DNA from: Planctopirus limnophila DSM 3776
Lineage (GTDB): Bacteria; Planctomycetota; Planctomycetia; Planctomycetales; Planctomycetaceae
Length of the DNA: 32,000 nucleotides
Assembly (NCBI RefSeq): GCF_000092105.1
Contig: NC_014148.1
Span: forward strand, 1,020,001 to 1,052,000
Reading direction: 5' to 3'
The notes beneath the pieces are model-generated. The model saw only the letters and a program-made list of their open reading frames with translations. It made no database searches and was not told where the DNA came from. Positions 7,034-15,319 of the stretch are shown here, in pieces. Numbering within the stretch: position 1 is the stretch's first letter; each line of letters starts with the position of its first letter. The position numbers and the translations under genes were made by a program.

Positions 7034-7118
7034 TGCCGGAGGTGGGAGTCGAACCCACACGAGGGGTGAACCTCGCCGGATTTTGAATCCGGTGCGTCTG
7101 CCATTCCGCCACTCCGGC
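7034..7118 (-). tRNA. tRNA-Leu (anticodon CAA)
   Basis: The reverse complement reads GCCGGAGTGGCGGAATGGCAGACGCACCGGATTCAAAATCCGGCGAGGTTCACCCCTCGTGTGGGTTCGACTCCCACCTCCGGCA.
- Acceptor stem of 7 bp: GCCGGAG/CTCCGGC.
- Anticodon stem CCGGA/TCCGG with loop TTCAAAA, giving anticodon CAA.
- Long variable arm.
- T-arm GTGGG-TTCGACT-CCCAC.
- Discriminator A; CCA is not encoded. Confidence 0.93.
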
Positions 7119-7178
7119 GACAGCCCAAAGAGCCTGCCGATACACGAATGATTAATGACCTGCCGCGAGAATGCAAGT

Positions 7179-8144
7179 CTACACCACAGTGCTTCTCAAG
7201 ACAGACATGAAATCGTCGAGAATCCCTTGCACTTCCGGATCTTTAAGAACTTCAACATTGGGTCGCCAGACGGGGGGGCTGCGGCGGTCGAAAATGGTCA
7301 TTCCCCGCGTCAGGTGGGCATCGGTTTCGACATCCACTGCTAACGTGAGGTGCTGGAAGAACTCTGGTTTCACCACCGCGGCGAGTGCGACGAGTTCGGG
7401 CAATCGCCACGATTCCATCCCCTGGAATTGATGATGACTGCGCAGTGCGAAGGGAACGATCGTCTGCAGCCACTCGCCAAAGCGCCCCATGTGTTCGATG
7501 GGCAGGCGGTCGAGGAGACCAAAAGAGATCCCCACTTTTTGCGAGGCATCAAAGGGAACCAGCGTTTTGGTACAGGCCGATTTCAGAACCGAGCGGGCGG
7601 CCAGGGGATCGTGATAAATGTTGAAATCAGCAGCGGGAGTGATGTTGCCGGGACCTTCGAGAGTACCGCCAGAAATGACCAGACCTTTGAGTCGCATCAG
7701 CAGTTCCGGGTCTTTCTCGGCAGCCAGGCTGATGTTGGTCAGCGGGCCAAGGCTGAGAATCACCAGTTCCTGAGGGTAAGCGCGGGAAAGTTCAATGATG
7801 ACCTTGGCCGCTTCTTTGGGATGAGCCGCATCGACATTCCGGCAAGGCCAGTCGGCCATGCCATTCTCTCCATTGAGCTGGCGATAATGGGCCAGATGCT
7901 GCGACGGGACACTGGCTGTCGATTCGTGAGCATCGGTCAGTTGTACGCCCAGTCGAGGCCAGCGCTGAGGATCGATGATGGTGACCAGTTCCTGCAGATT
8001 GACCGCGGCCTGTTTTGCAGAAATAAAACTGCCGACGGCGGTGAGACCGACGACATCGAGCCGGGGATCTTTCAGAGCGATGGCAATGGCGAGGGCATCG
8101 CCTAAGCCGGGATCGGCATCGATCAGCAAGCGGATTGGATTCAT
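7179..8144 (-). CDS. Nucleoside hydrolase (inosine/uridine-preferring, IUNH family)
   Basis: ATG at 8144, 321 aa. The N-terminal LLIDADPGLGDALAIAIAL is the Asp-cluster fingerprint of IUNH-family hydrolases; here it reads DADPGLGD rather than D-x-D-x-x-x-D-D. Length and overall pattern are typical. Confidence 0.85.
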   Translation of the reverse strand: MNPIRLLIDADPGLGDALAIAIALKDPRLDVVGLTAVGSFISAKQAAVNLQELVTIIDPQRWPRLGVQLTDAHESTASVPSQHLAHYRQLNGENGMADWPCRNVDAAHPKEAAKVIIELSRAYPQELVILSLGPLTNISLAAEKDPELLMRLKGLVISGGTLEGPGNITPAADFNIYHDPLAARSVLKSACTKTLVPFDASQKVGISFGLLDRLPIEHMGRFGEWLQTIVPFALRSHHQFQGMESWRLPELVALAAVVKPEFFQHLTLAVDVETDAHLTRGMTIFDRRSPPVWRPNVEVLKDPEVQGILDDFMSVLRSTVV

Positions 8145-8287
8145 GGCAAGATCTCTCAGATTCTCTGATCCATCAGCAGAAAGTCTACGTCCTCATTATA
8201 ATGCGAGAGAACGCCGAGAGAGTCGAGTCATTTTGAGAGTTCATCGCTGATCCTCGAAAGAGATCGAGTGGAGATGAATCAGAGAGG

Positions 8288-8896
8288 ATGGTTGTGTTGC
8301 TTGCCCGATTTGGCCTGATCTTTCTTGTATTGCCACTGATTGAGCTATATCTGCTGATCAAGCTTGGTCAGCAGATTGGCGCATTGGCCACAGTAGCGTG
8401 GGTGGTGCTGGCGATTGTGGCGGGGATTTCTCTGCTGCAGTTTGAACTGCGCCGGGTGTCTGTGCAATTGCAGATGGCGGCTCGAAACCGGGAGCTTCCG
8501 GCCGGGCATGTCTCAGATGCGGCGGCGATTTTTCTGGCGGGAGTGCTGTTGATCTTTCCCGGGCCACTGACCGATGTGTTCGCAGCGCTCCTGCTCTTTC
8601 CGCTGACGCGCCGACCGATGGTCAAGCTGTTCAACTACTGGGTCTGGCCGCAAGGGAGCACAGTTTTCCGTTCGGCAGGAAGTGCTTTTGGAGGATCAGG
8701 CTTTCAGGTTTACCAGAGCACGGTCTGGCAAGCGGGCCCACGGATGACAGATGCGGCAGACTTCGAAGGCCAGGGAACAGAACAGCCTCGCCTCCATCCT
8801 CATCCAGCGGCTGCCCATGAAGGCGGTTCGGCAAGACCCGGCGGGCCGGAGATCATTGAAGCCGAATGGGTGCGTAAGTCGGGTGAAGATCGCTAA
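8288..8896 (+). CDS. fxsA: FxsA family inner-membrane protein
   Basis: ATG at 8288 follows GAGAGG. LIELYLLIKLGQQIGAL and FPGPLTDVFAALLLFPLTRRP are the conserved FxsA membrane segments. A Gly/Pro-rich cytoplasmic tail follows. Confidence 0.85.
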   Translation: MVVLLARFGLIFLVLPLIELYLLIKLGQQIGALATVAWVVLAIVAGISLLQFELRRVSVQLQMAARNRELPAGHVSDAAAIFLAGVLLIFPGPLTDVFAALLLFPLTRRPMVKLFNYWVWPQGSTVFRSAGSAFGGSGFQVYQSTVWQAGPRMTDAADFEGQGTEQPRLHPHPAAAHEGGSARPGGPEIIEAEWVRKSGEDR

Positions 8897-9004
8897 TTCA
8901 AATTGCAGCTTGAGATCGCGCGTTGCGGATCGAAGGGAGCATGCTTGCCCTGAGCTGCAAGCATGGCACACAGCACCCTGTTTCAAATTGGAATGCGGAC
9001 AACA

Positions 9005-9078
9005 TTTTCAAAAGACGAAGAGCGCAGACGATCTGTCTCAATTGTCCCCCCGGACGACAGATCGACCACGCTCTTCGT
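9005..9078 (-). terminator. Long imperfect hairpin plus T-run after cpaE
   Basis: The outer 10-bp stem is ACGAAGAGCG (9015-9024) / CGCTCTTCGT (9069-9078), with an inner 9-bp stem CGATCTGTC/GACAGATCG. On the minus strand it is followed by CTTTTGAAAA. It starts 28 nt past the cpaE stop. Confidence 0.5.
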
Positions 9079-9105
9079 AAGAGCGATTGCTGTCATGTGG
9101 ACTGC

Positions 9106-10326
9106 TTAAGTCGATTTCGCAGTGCTGAGAAAGCTGAAGAGGCCTTTACGCGGCTTCTTGCTTTCATCGGGTTTTTCTTCACTCGCCTGCGGTTTTTCAA
9201 TCAGTTGCTGGGCGAGTTGAATGAAGCTCTTGGTTAAGCGCGACTTGGGAGATTGAATGATGAGTGGCACGCCATTGTTGCGGGCTTCGACCATCACTGC
9301 GTAATCGTTCGGAATCTGAGCGAAGACTTCCCGCCCCAGTGTTTCGAGAGCTTTGGTCAGGCTGATCTGGCTGTCTTCGAGACCAATGCGATTGACGACA
9401 ATGCGGGTCTTTTCGGAAAGTCCTTCGTGATTACTGAAGAATTGCAGCAGACGCACTGTATTTCGCAAGCTGGGAAGATCGAGCTGAGTGGTGAGCAGGA
9501 TCATGTCCGCGACTTCAAGAGCGGCCAGATCGGAAGGGCCGTAGCTCTTACTGATATCGACCACCAGATGCGTAAAAGTCGCCTTGAGCAGAGCAATCAC
9601 TCGCCGCAAGACTTCGGGAGAGATCGAGATACGATCATCCAACTGGACGGGCCTGGGGAGCAGGAAAGCGCCGCATTCGTGCTTGGTGAGCGATCGTTTA
9701 AGGAGTGCGTAATCGAGCCGACTGATGTTATCGGCGACATCTTGAATGGTGTAATCGGGAATGATGTCGAGCCAGACGTCGGCATCTCCCAGAGCCAGAT
9801 CGAGATCGATGATTGCTACACTGGCAGAAGGCTGACTGGCCAGTGCACAACCCAGATTGACTGCCAATGAAGTGCAGCCAATCCCGCCGGAGACCCCAGC
9901 GACGGCGATGACCTGGCTGCTGCGCACTGTGCCTTCACTGGTGCGGACACCGCCGGCCTGTTGAATTCGGTCGATGGCAGCGAGGAAATCATCCAGCTTA
10001 AGTGGAGCATTCAGGAATTCCCGGGCCCCATTTCGCATGGCCTGCAAAATCAGCGAACCTTCGGTGGAACTGCTGATGACCAGCACCTGTGTGGTGGGAA
10101 GTTCTGTCGAGATCCGGCTGACGAGATCGAGACCTTTCTGGGGATTGGAATCGAGGGCAATCAGTGCAATGTTCGGCTGGGTCTGCATGATGACGTCGGC
10201 AAAGAACTCGTACTTTGAGCACTCGGCTTCGAGCCAGACCATGTCGATGCCCAGGAGGAGCGTTTTGAGCGCATTCCTCGAACTGTCATGCGGATCGACA
10301 AGTGCGAGTCGAATAACGTTTTTCAT
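9106..10326 (-). CDS. cpaE: Flp/Tad pilus assembly protein CpaE/TadZ (receiver-like domain + ParA/MinD-type ATPase fold)
   Basis: ATG at 10326. The N-terminal receiver-like domain reads RLALVDPHD...NIALIALD. It is followed by the ParA/MinD-like P-loop AVAGVSGGIGCTSLAVNLG and IIDLDLALGD. The gene sits directly after cpaC in a tad-type operon. Confidence 0.85.
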   Translation of the reverse strand: MKNVIRLALVDPHDSSRNALKTLLLGIDMVWLEAECSKYEFFADVIMQTQPNIALIALDSNPQKGLDLVSRISTELPTTQVLVISSSTEGSLILQAMRNGAREFLNAPLKLDDFLAAIDRIQQAGGVRTSEGTVRSSQVIAVAGVSGGIGCTSLAVNLGCALASQPSASVAIIDLDLALGDADVWLDIIPDYTIQDVADNISRLDYALLKRSLTKHECGAFLLPRPVQLDDRISISPEVLRRVIALLKATFTHLVVDISKSYGPSDLAALEVADMILLTTQLDLPSLRNTVRLLQFFSNHEGLSEKTRIVVNRIGLEDSQISLTKALETLGREVFAQIPNDYAVMVEARNNGVPLIIQSPKSRLTKSFIQLAQQLIEKPQASEEKPDESKKPRKGLFSFLSTAKST

Positions 10327-10480
10327 GATACAACCATCCGGTTTCGAGCTATGCCAGCAGGAATAACCGGCCCAACGATCTTGTGAAGTGAATGCTGACC
10401 CTGGAAATTGAGTGATGCGTTCAAGGCTGAATCAGAAATCCTCCTCCAGGAAACTGATGTTGCCCTACGATGTTTTTTGT

Positions 10481-12349
10481 CTATGGACGAGTTCCTGAAA
10501 CTGGTTGAATCAAACCGCCAGAGGCTGGATTTCGGCTTCCCGCTTGTTCGACATCCGATCGACCCGTCGCTGGAGTGCGAGGCCCGCTGAACTTCGAACT
10601 TCCGGCAACGGATTGACCTGTGGAGTTGTTGCGATTGCGAGTCACCCCGGGAGGAGCCGGGATATCTCCTGGTGAGCCAGTTGGCGGACTGATCGGAGGT
10701 ACAAATTCTTGTGGTGCAGGCGTGGATCGTTCTGTTGGCCATGGTGCTGATGGCTGGCCAGCACCGGGATTGCTGATTCCGGGAGATGGTGGTGGTGGCA
10801 ATGGCCCGCCAGGAGTAATCAGACCTGGTGCGGCAGGTGGCAATGGATAATCTGCAGGAATTGGCGAGAGGCCTGAACCTGTCACACCGGATGGTGTGGA
10901 CGATCCACCACGAGGCCCACAATTGGGGCAGGGATCGCCATAGTTAGGAACTTCGATGATCCCTTGGCCGAAGAGTTCGCGATCTGTAGGAACTGCCGAT
11001 GCGGTACCGGGCAGCCTGTCGGGAACCTGAGCAGGATCCATGGCACTGACAAACTCGGGAGTGATCAGCACGAGGAGTTCGGTTTCGGCTTCATCGTAAT
11101 TCACGCGGCGGAATGCGGCCCCCACGTAGGGAAGTTCGCCCAGGAAGGGGATCTTCGATGTTTGTGCGGTTTTGCGGGAGGAAATCAGACCACCGATGGC
11201 CAGTGTTTGACCGAAGTTCATTTCGACTTGAGTTTCGACAGTTCGTTTGGTCAAGCCGGGAACTGTGGTGCTGTTGAGTGTGACAGCGTTGGTGAGGTCT
11301 CTTTCGCTCACTTCAGCAATGATGGTTTGTTTCAGACGATTGGGTGAAAGAATCATCGGGACTGATTCGAGCCTGACGCCGAATTCTCGCCATTCGATGG
11401 CAATGGTTCCTAAACCTTGAGGAACCGGGATGGGGAATTCGCCACCACTGACAATTTTGGCTGGTTCGCCACTGCGGGTGACGATGGTTGGTTCGGCCTG
11501 GATTTTGAGCAAGCCTTCTTCGCGAAGTGCTTCGAGAAGACCACCGAAAGCAAAGTCGTCACCCACAATTCCTAATGACATGGTCGCGTTACGAAAACCC
11601 GACTGAGCCAGACCAACACCTGGCGGCCCGCCAATCGGTACGGTGAATGCATCCAGGGGAGAGATCGCACCCGGGGTACTCGAAAAGGCGACATTACGGC
11701 CCAGATAAGTGAAATTGAGGCCCAGTGAACGCAGCTTGGATCGTTGAACTTCCATCACTTTACAGCGGAGTTGAACCTGTTGCGGGCCACCCATCTTCAT
11801 CTGATTCAAGACGTTAGGATAATAGAGCTTGGCGATATCTACGATCTCGGTGATTTGTTGTGGTTCGACGACCCAGCCACGCAAAAGGACGTTGTCTTTC
11901 AGCTTGGTGACGGTGACGGAGGTATTGGGGTATTCGCGGCTCAGGACCGCTTGCAGTAATCGAGCATCGCCCGCCACCATGACATCGATGGTGGTGATCG
12001 CTCCATTTTCGTCGGTGATCACCATGGTGGTGATTCCTTCGGTGATTCCTTGCACTCGAAGCTGATCGTGGGCGAGAGCAGTCACACTGAGAACTGCCGG
12101 ATCAAATCCATCAACACGCAGAATTTTGCGCGGGAATTGGACAACGCGGGCAAAGCGCTCGGCAATTTCGAGCTTTGTTCGCGATGCCGTGATCTGAACG
12201 ACTTCTCCGGCGACGGGAGCATTGCCGTTCTGTGCGAAGGCCATTCCAGAGGACGAAGTGAGCCCTGGATAGGAAAGAAAGGACTGGCAGAGGCAAAGTC
12301 CCCAAACCAGTGCTGCACGCCAGCGGTGAGTGTGAATTCTGACCTGCAT
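10481..12349 (-). CDS. cpaC: Flp/Tad pilus secretin CpaC/RcpA with a long Pro-rich C-terminal tail
   Basis: ATG at 12349 with a signal peptide. An N-terminal pilus-formation/BON-like region precedes the secretin core GGLLEALREEGLLKIQAEPTIVTRSGEPAKIVSGGEFPIP ... IPFLGELPYVGAAFRR ... ELLVLITPEFV. The last ~170 aa are low-complexity Pro/Gly/Ser. Confidence 0.9.
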   Translation of the reverse strand: MQVRIHTHRWRAALVWGLCLCQSFLSYPGLTSSSGMAFAQNGNAPVAGEVVQITASRTKLEIAERFARVVQFPRKILRVDGFDPAVLSVTALAHDQLRVQGITEGITTMVITDENGAITTIDVMVAGDARLLQAVLSREYPNTSVTVTKLKDNVLLRGWVVEPQQITEIVDIAKLYYPNVLNQMKMGGPQQVQLRCKVMEVQRSKLRSLGLNFTYLGRNVAFSSTPGAISPLDAFTVPIGGPPGVGLAQSGFRNATMSLGIVGDDFAFGGLLEALREEGLLKIQAEPTIVTRSGEPAKIVSGGEFPIPVPQGLGTIAIEWREFGVRLESVPMILSPNRLKQTIIAEVSERDLTNAVTLNSTTVPGLTKRTVETQVEMNFGQTLAIGGLISSRKTAQTSKIPFLGELPYVGAAFRRVNYDEAETELLVLITPEFVSAMDPAQVPDRLPGTASAVPTDRELFGQGIIEVPNYGDPCPNCGPRGGSSTPSGVTGSGLSPIPADYPLPPAAPGLITPGGPLPPPPSPGISNPGAGQPSAPWPTERSTPAPQEFVPPISPPTGSPGDIPAPPGVTRNRNNSTGQSVAGSSKFSGPRTPATGRSDVEQAGSRNPASGGLIQPVSGTRP

Positions 12350-12563
12350 CCCTGCACCTCTCGTTCAATCCGTCGAACGATTGAAAAACAATTGATCTCG
12401 TTTCATGGCGACCTGGTGATTCAAGATCAGGAGATGATCGTTAGAACTCAGGTACGCACTCACTGACTATTTTCGCATGGCCCGCGAAGTGAAAATCTTC
12501 TTATGTATTCAGTCGTGCTGAGCGAGATTTAAGTCTTGGTTCATCATGACTGAAGTTGTTGGT

Positions 12564-13736
12564 TTATCTTTTCATAGCGTCTGAAGATTGCATCGCCGAA
12601 GGTGAATCTTCGGGTGACTTGATGCGATCCGTACGATTTTCGGGTGTGGATACCGAATTGGTTTTCCTGGTCGTTGTTTGAGATTTCGATTTTCCCAGGC
12701 CCAGCATTCCTAACCAGCCACCTTTGGTTGGCTGGTTTTGAGCTCTGGTCGAGGGGGTGAGAGTCTCTGGGCTTTCTGGCAGTTCAAATTCAGCGACTTG
12801 TTTTTTGTCGCCATTAAAAATTTCAACTTTCCAGGTTGGTTTTGGTGGAGGCGGTGGTTCGACCACTGGTGCGGTTTCATCGGTGCTGGAATTCAGAAAA
12901 TCAGCGAACGATGGCTGAGGCATTGCTGGTGTTGGAGATGGCGATGCGGGGAGACTGCTGGCCACACTTTGTGGAGTTGTGGCAGGTTCTTGATCTTCAG
13001 GTTCATCAAACAGTTCTGCTAACTTGCGATCGAGGGCGTTTTCATCGAGATCACCAGTCTGCTCGGCAGGAGCTTTATCGTTGCGGCCTCGCAAGAGCAG
13101 GTGGAGAGTTCCCTTTTCCTGTGCGAGTTGCAGCAAGGCTCCCTGGCCTGGGTAAACCAGCAAGGAAACGTTCTTGGATTGAGAGGAATCTTCTTTAGCG
13201 GCTTCCGTTCCCATGCGAACGGAATCTGTCGCCCAGACCTCGATATATTGGAGGACTGTGCGAGTTTTGAATGTCTTGCCGTACTTGGGACGCGTGTAGG
13301 AATAGGTAACTTGCACATCGACACGGTCGCCCGGGGAGAGCAAACCGCTGTGCGTCATGGTGGCAGTGACAGGTACAGTCACCACGCGCATGCCTGGCGG
13401 AATCTCCATTGAAGCGCCGTATTCGCCCTTGTTTCCCAATTGTTTCTTGAGAACATACTGGCCCTCGTAGAGTTTCACACGAGGAGCCCGCTTATCGTAT
13501 TCTTCTTTGCTGCTGATGACGTCATCAGGAGCTTCACTTTTCGAGACCAGTTTAAAGCCCACGCAGGTTTCATCCAGAGGAGTCCCTGCCTGAACCTCTT
13601 TGCGAGCCACGAGCACCTTGATTTTCGGCCCGGAGCCTTCTCCGGAACGACTGCCTAATGTCTGTTGAACTCCCATCATGGCAATCAGCCCGCAGGCCAC
13701 AGCCACCAGCATGAGAATCATGGGTTTCATTTTCAT
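12564..13736 (-). CDS. cpaB: Flp/Tad pilus assembly protein CpaB/RcpC with low-complexity C-terminal extension
   Basis: ATG at 13736. It has the N-terminal anchor MKMKPMILMLVAVACGLIAMMG, the SAF-like segment KVLVARKEVQAGTPLDE, and VVTVPV...GLLSPGDRVDVQV typical of CpaB/RcpC. The last ~165 aa are Pro/Ser/Thr/Glu-rich. Confidence 0.85.
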   Translation of the reverse strand: MKMKPMILMLVAVACGLIAMMGVQQTLGSRSGEGSGPKIKVLVARKEVQAGTPLDETCVGFKLVSKSEAPDDVISSKEEYDKRAPRVKLYEGQYVLKKQLGNKGEYGASMEIPPGMRVVTVPVTATMTHSGLLSPGDRVDVQVTYSYTRPKYGKTFKTRTVLQYIEVWATDSVRMGTEAAKEDSSQSKNVSLLVYPGQGALLQLAQEKGTLHLLLRGRNDKAPAEQTGDLDENALDRKLAELFDEPEDQEPATTPQSVASSLPASPSPTPAMPQPSFADFLNSSTDETAPVVEPPPPPKPTWKVEIFNGDKKQVAEFELPESPETLTPSTRAQNQPTKGGWLGMLGLGKSKSQTTTRKTNSVSTPENRTDRIKSPEDSPSAMQSSDAMKR

Positions 13737-14068
13737 AGTACCACTCCGAGTGGAATCTCTGGTCGAGAGAACGAGGCTGAATTGTCACTAACATTCAGCA
13801 TAGGTCACATTCTCAGGACAGGTCGAAAGATTCCTGACTCGATACAAAGAGCCCTCCGCGGCGAGGCGGAATGGACGCTATCAGCATTGATCGGTCAAGA
13901 AATGGCAGACTCTTCACTCTTTGACGCCTGCAACCGTCAGAACGATTGAACGAGTTATGCCGCAGATGCTGCTATGGCGAACTCTGCAGAAAATCAGTGA
14001 TCTTCTGGCAAATGATTTTGTGCAATCGGCGTGATCGATCTGCGAAACTTCTCAAGATTCCAAAGCAG

Positions 14069-14098
14069 GCAGACTCTGCCGGTGAGAGCAGAGTCTGC
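14069..14098 (-). terminator. Perfect 11-bp stem hairpin after cpaA
   Basis: GCAGACTCTGC-cggtgaga-GCAGAGTCTGC lies 45 nt past the cpaA stop (14143) on the minus strand. The trailing CTGCTTTGG is only weakly T-rich. Confidence 0.5.
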
Positions 14099-14142
14099 AA
14101 TAAATTCTGACTGTGATTTTCGAATCCATCGAGAAACTGGCT

Positions 14143-14694
14143 TTAGATCAGACCGGCATAGACAAAGTAAGCAATCGATCCAATGCAGATGGGAATTCCG
14201 TAGGGCAACAGCAGCATCCGGGGCTTACGTTCGGCTGCAATTTCTGACAGCTTGCGTGGATCGCGAATGGTCGTCCATTCGGTCCAGATCAACATGGCCT
14301 GACCGACGTGCTTATGCAGATCTTTGCGATAGCAGGCCATGATGATGGCCATAATCGCACCGACAACGACAGAGACCATAAAGGCTTGCCACGTAATGGC
14401 TGCACCCAGCCAGGCTCCCATGCCCGCCATGAGCTTCACGTCACCAGCACCCATACCACCCACTGCGTAAAGTGGCAGCAGGCAGGCCAGGCCGACAACC
14501 ATACCAATCAGTGAATCACCCAGACCGGCCCAGCCGCCCATGACGAAGCCATAAATCAGGCCGCTGAGCACCATGGGGAAAGTAATCCAGTTAGGAACTC
14601 GCAATTCTTTACCGTCGATCCAGGCAGCAAGAATGAGCACCAGAGAAACAAATTTGACATCCCAATGCTGCATGAGAAAACTCTGCCAGTCCAT
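14143..14694 (-). CDS. cpaA: Prepilin peptidase CpaA/TadV (A24 family aspartic peptidase)
   Basis: ATG at 14694, a 183-aa polytopic membrane protein. It carries both catalytic Asp regions: AAWIDGKELRVPNW and GGMGAGDVKLMAGMGAWLG. Confidence 0.9.
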   Translation of the reverse strand: MDWQSFLMQHWDVKFVSLVLILAAWIDGKELRVPNWITFPMVLSGLIYGFVMGGWAGLGDSLIGMVVGLACLLPLYAVGGMGAGDVKLMAGMGAWLGAAITWQAFMVSVVVGAIMAIIMACYRKDLHKHVGQAMLIWTEWTTIRDPRKLSEIAAERKPRMLLLPYGIPICIGSIAYFVYAGLI

Positions 14695-15254
14695 GATCCA
14701 TAACCTTTCATTTGAGGGGCAATTGGGCTGGTGAGGAGGAGTTCAGCCAGCAACGAAAAGTCCGATTTCGGCCTTCCAGATAAGGCCGTTTCACTGGGAA
14801 TCTAGGTCATGTTTCGCAAAGGCGACGGAAGAAATTCTTGAGAATTCTTTTTTCCAGACCGGATTTCCGGGCCATGAGAATGCTGCATGTCTTGCGATGG
14901 CCAAAAGTTTCCTGGCCTCTGCTTCCACATGATGGAAGAAACGTTTCAGTCGAATCGATCGAAAAAACATTAAAAACAGACAGCCAGACGCCGGAATGAC
15001 AAATGGCGTCATTCTGGCGACTGGCTGAAATCGGTAACACGTCCTTCGTCGTGACACTCCAGGGAGTGGCAAGAAGGTGAATTAGCTGAATGTTTGCTAT
15101 CTGCCCAGCAGTAAGGTGACAGCCACCATCAGACCCGCAAAAGTCGCAGTGATCAGCTCGGCGACACCGTTGGCGGCAAATTCGATCCAAAAGGGAAACA
15201 TAAACCAATCCGTTTCGTAAACTGAAATTTCGTGAGTGAAGCCCGCATCAATGC

Positions 15255-15294
15255 TCCAAAAGCCGCCGCACGACTGGTTTGTCTTGCGGCGGCT
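15255..15294 (-). terminator. Rho-independent terminator or attenuator immediately after flp
   Basis: The 10-bp stem is AGCCGCCGCA (15261-15270) / TGCGGCGGCT (15285-15294). On the minus strand it is followed by TTTTGG. It starts 26 nt past the flp stop codon. Confidence 0.65.
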
Positions 15295-15319
15295 ATGGAA
15301 TTTTCAGAATCAGCCCAGA

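Noticed and set aside
6562-7086. ORFs in the GC-rich spacer (6562..6876, 6638..7069, 6652..6912, 6768..7013); also RNase P RNA, tmRNA or SRP RNA in this spacer
   Set aside because: The ORFs overlap each other in several frames, and one reads through the tRNA and its terminator. I looked for the universal RNase P (GAGGAAAGTCCGGGC / ACAGAACCCGGCTTA), tmRNA (tRNA-like 3' end) and SRP (GGAAGCAGCC-type) motifs on both strands and found none. A less familiar ncRNA is still possible; see the finding for 6413-7033.
7350-8105. ORF 7350..8105 (+, 251 aa) and others antisense to the nucleoside hydrolase
   Set aside because: It is the opposite strand of a gene with a clear family fingerprint and typical length. 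It has no motif of its own.
10323-10922. ORF 10323..10922 (-, 199 aa) and 10620..10850 (+) overlapping the secretin tail
   Set aside because: They are alternative-frame or antisense readings of the Pro-rich, stop-poor low-complexity tail of cpaC. The 199-aa ORF would also have to span the cpaC-cpaE intergenic region.
14791-15208. ORFs 14791..15072 (-) and 14807..15208 (-) between flp and cpaA
   Set aside because: One has a TTG start. The translations are Cys/Arg-rich and not protein-like. They run straight through a terminator-like hairpin and T-runs, and no family resemblance is visible.
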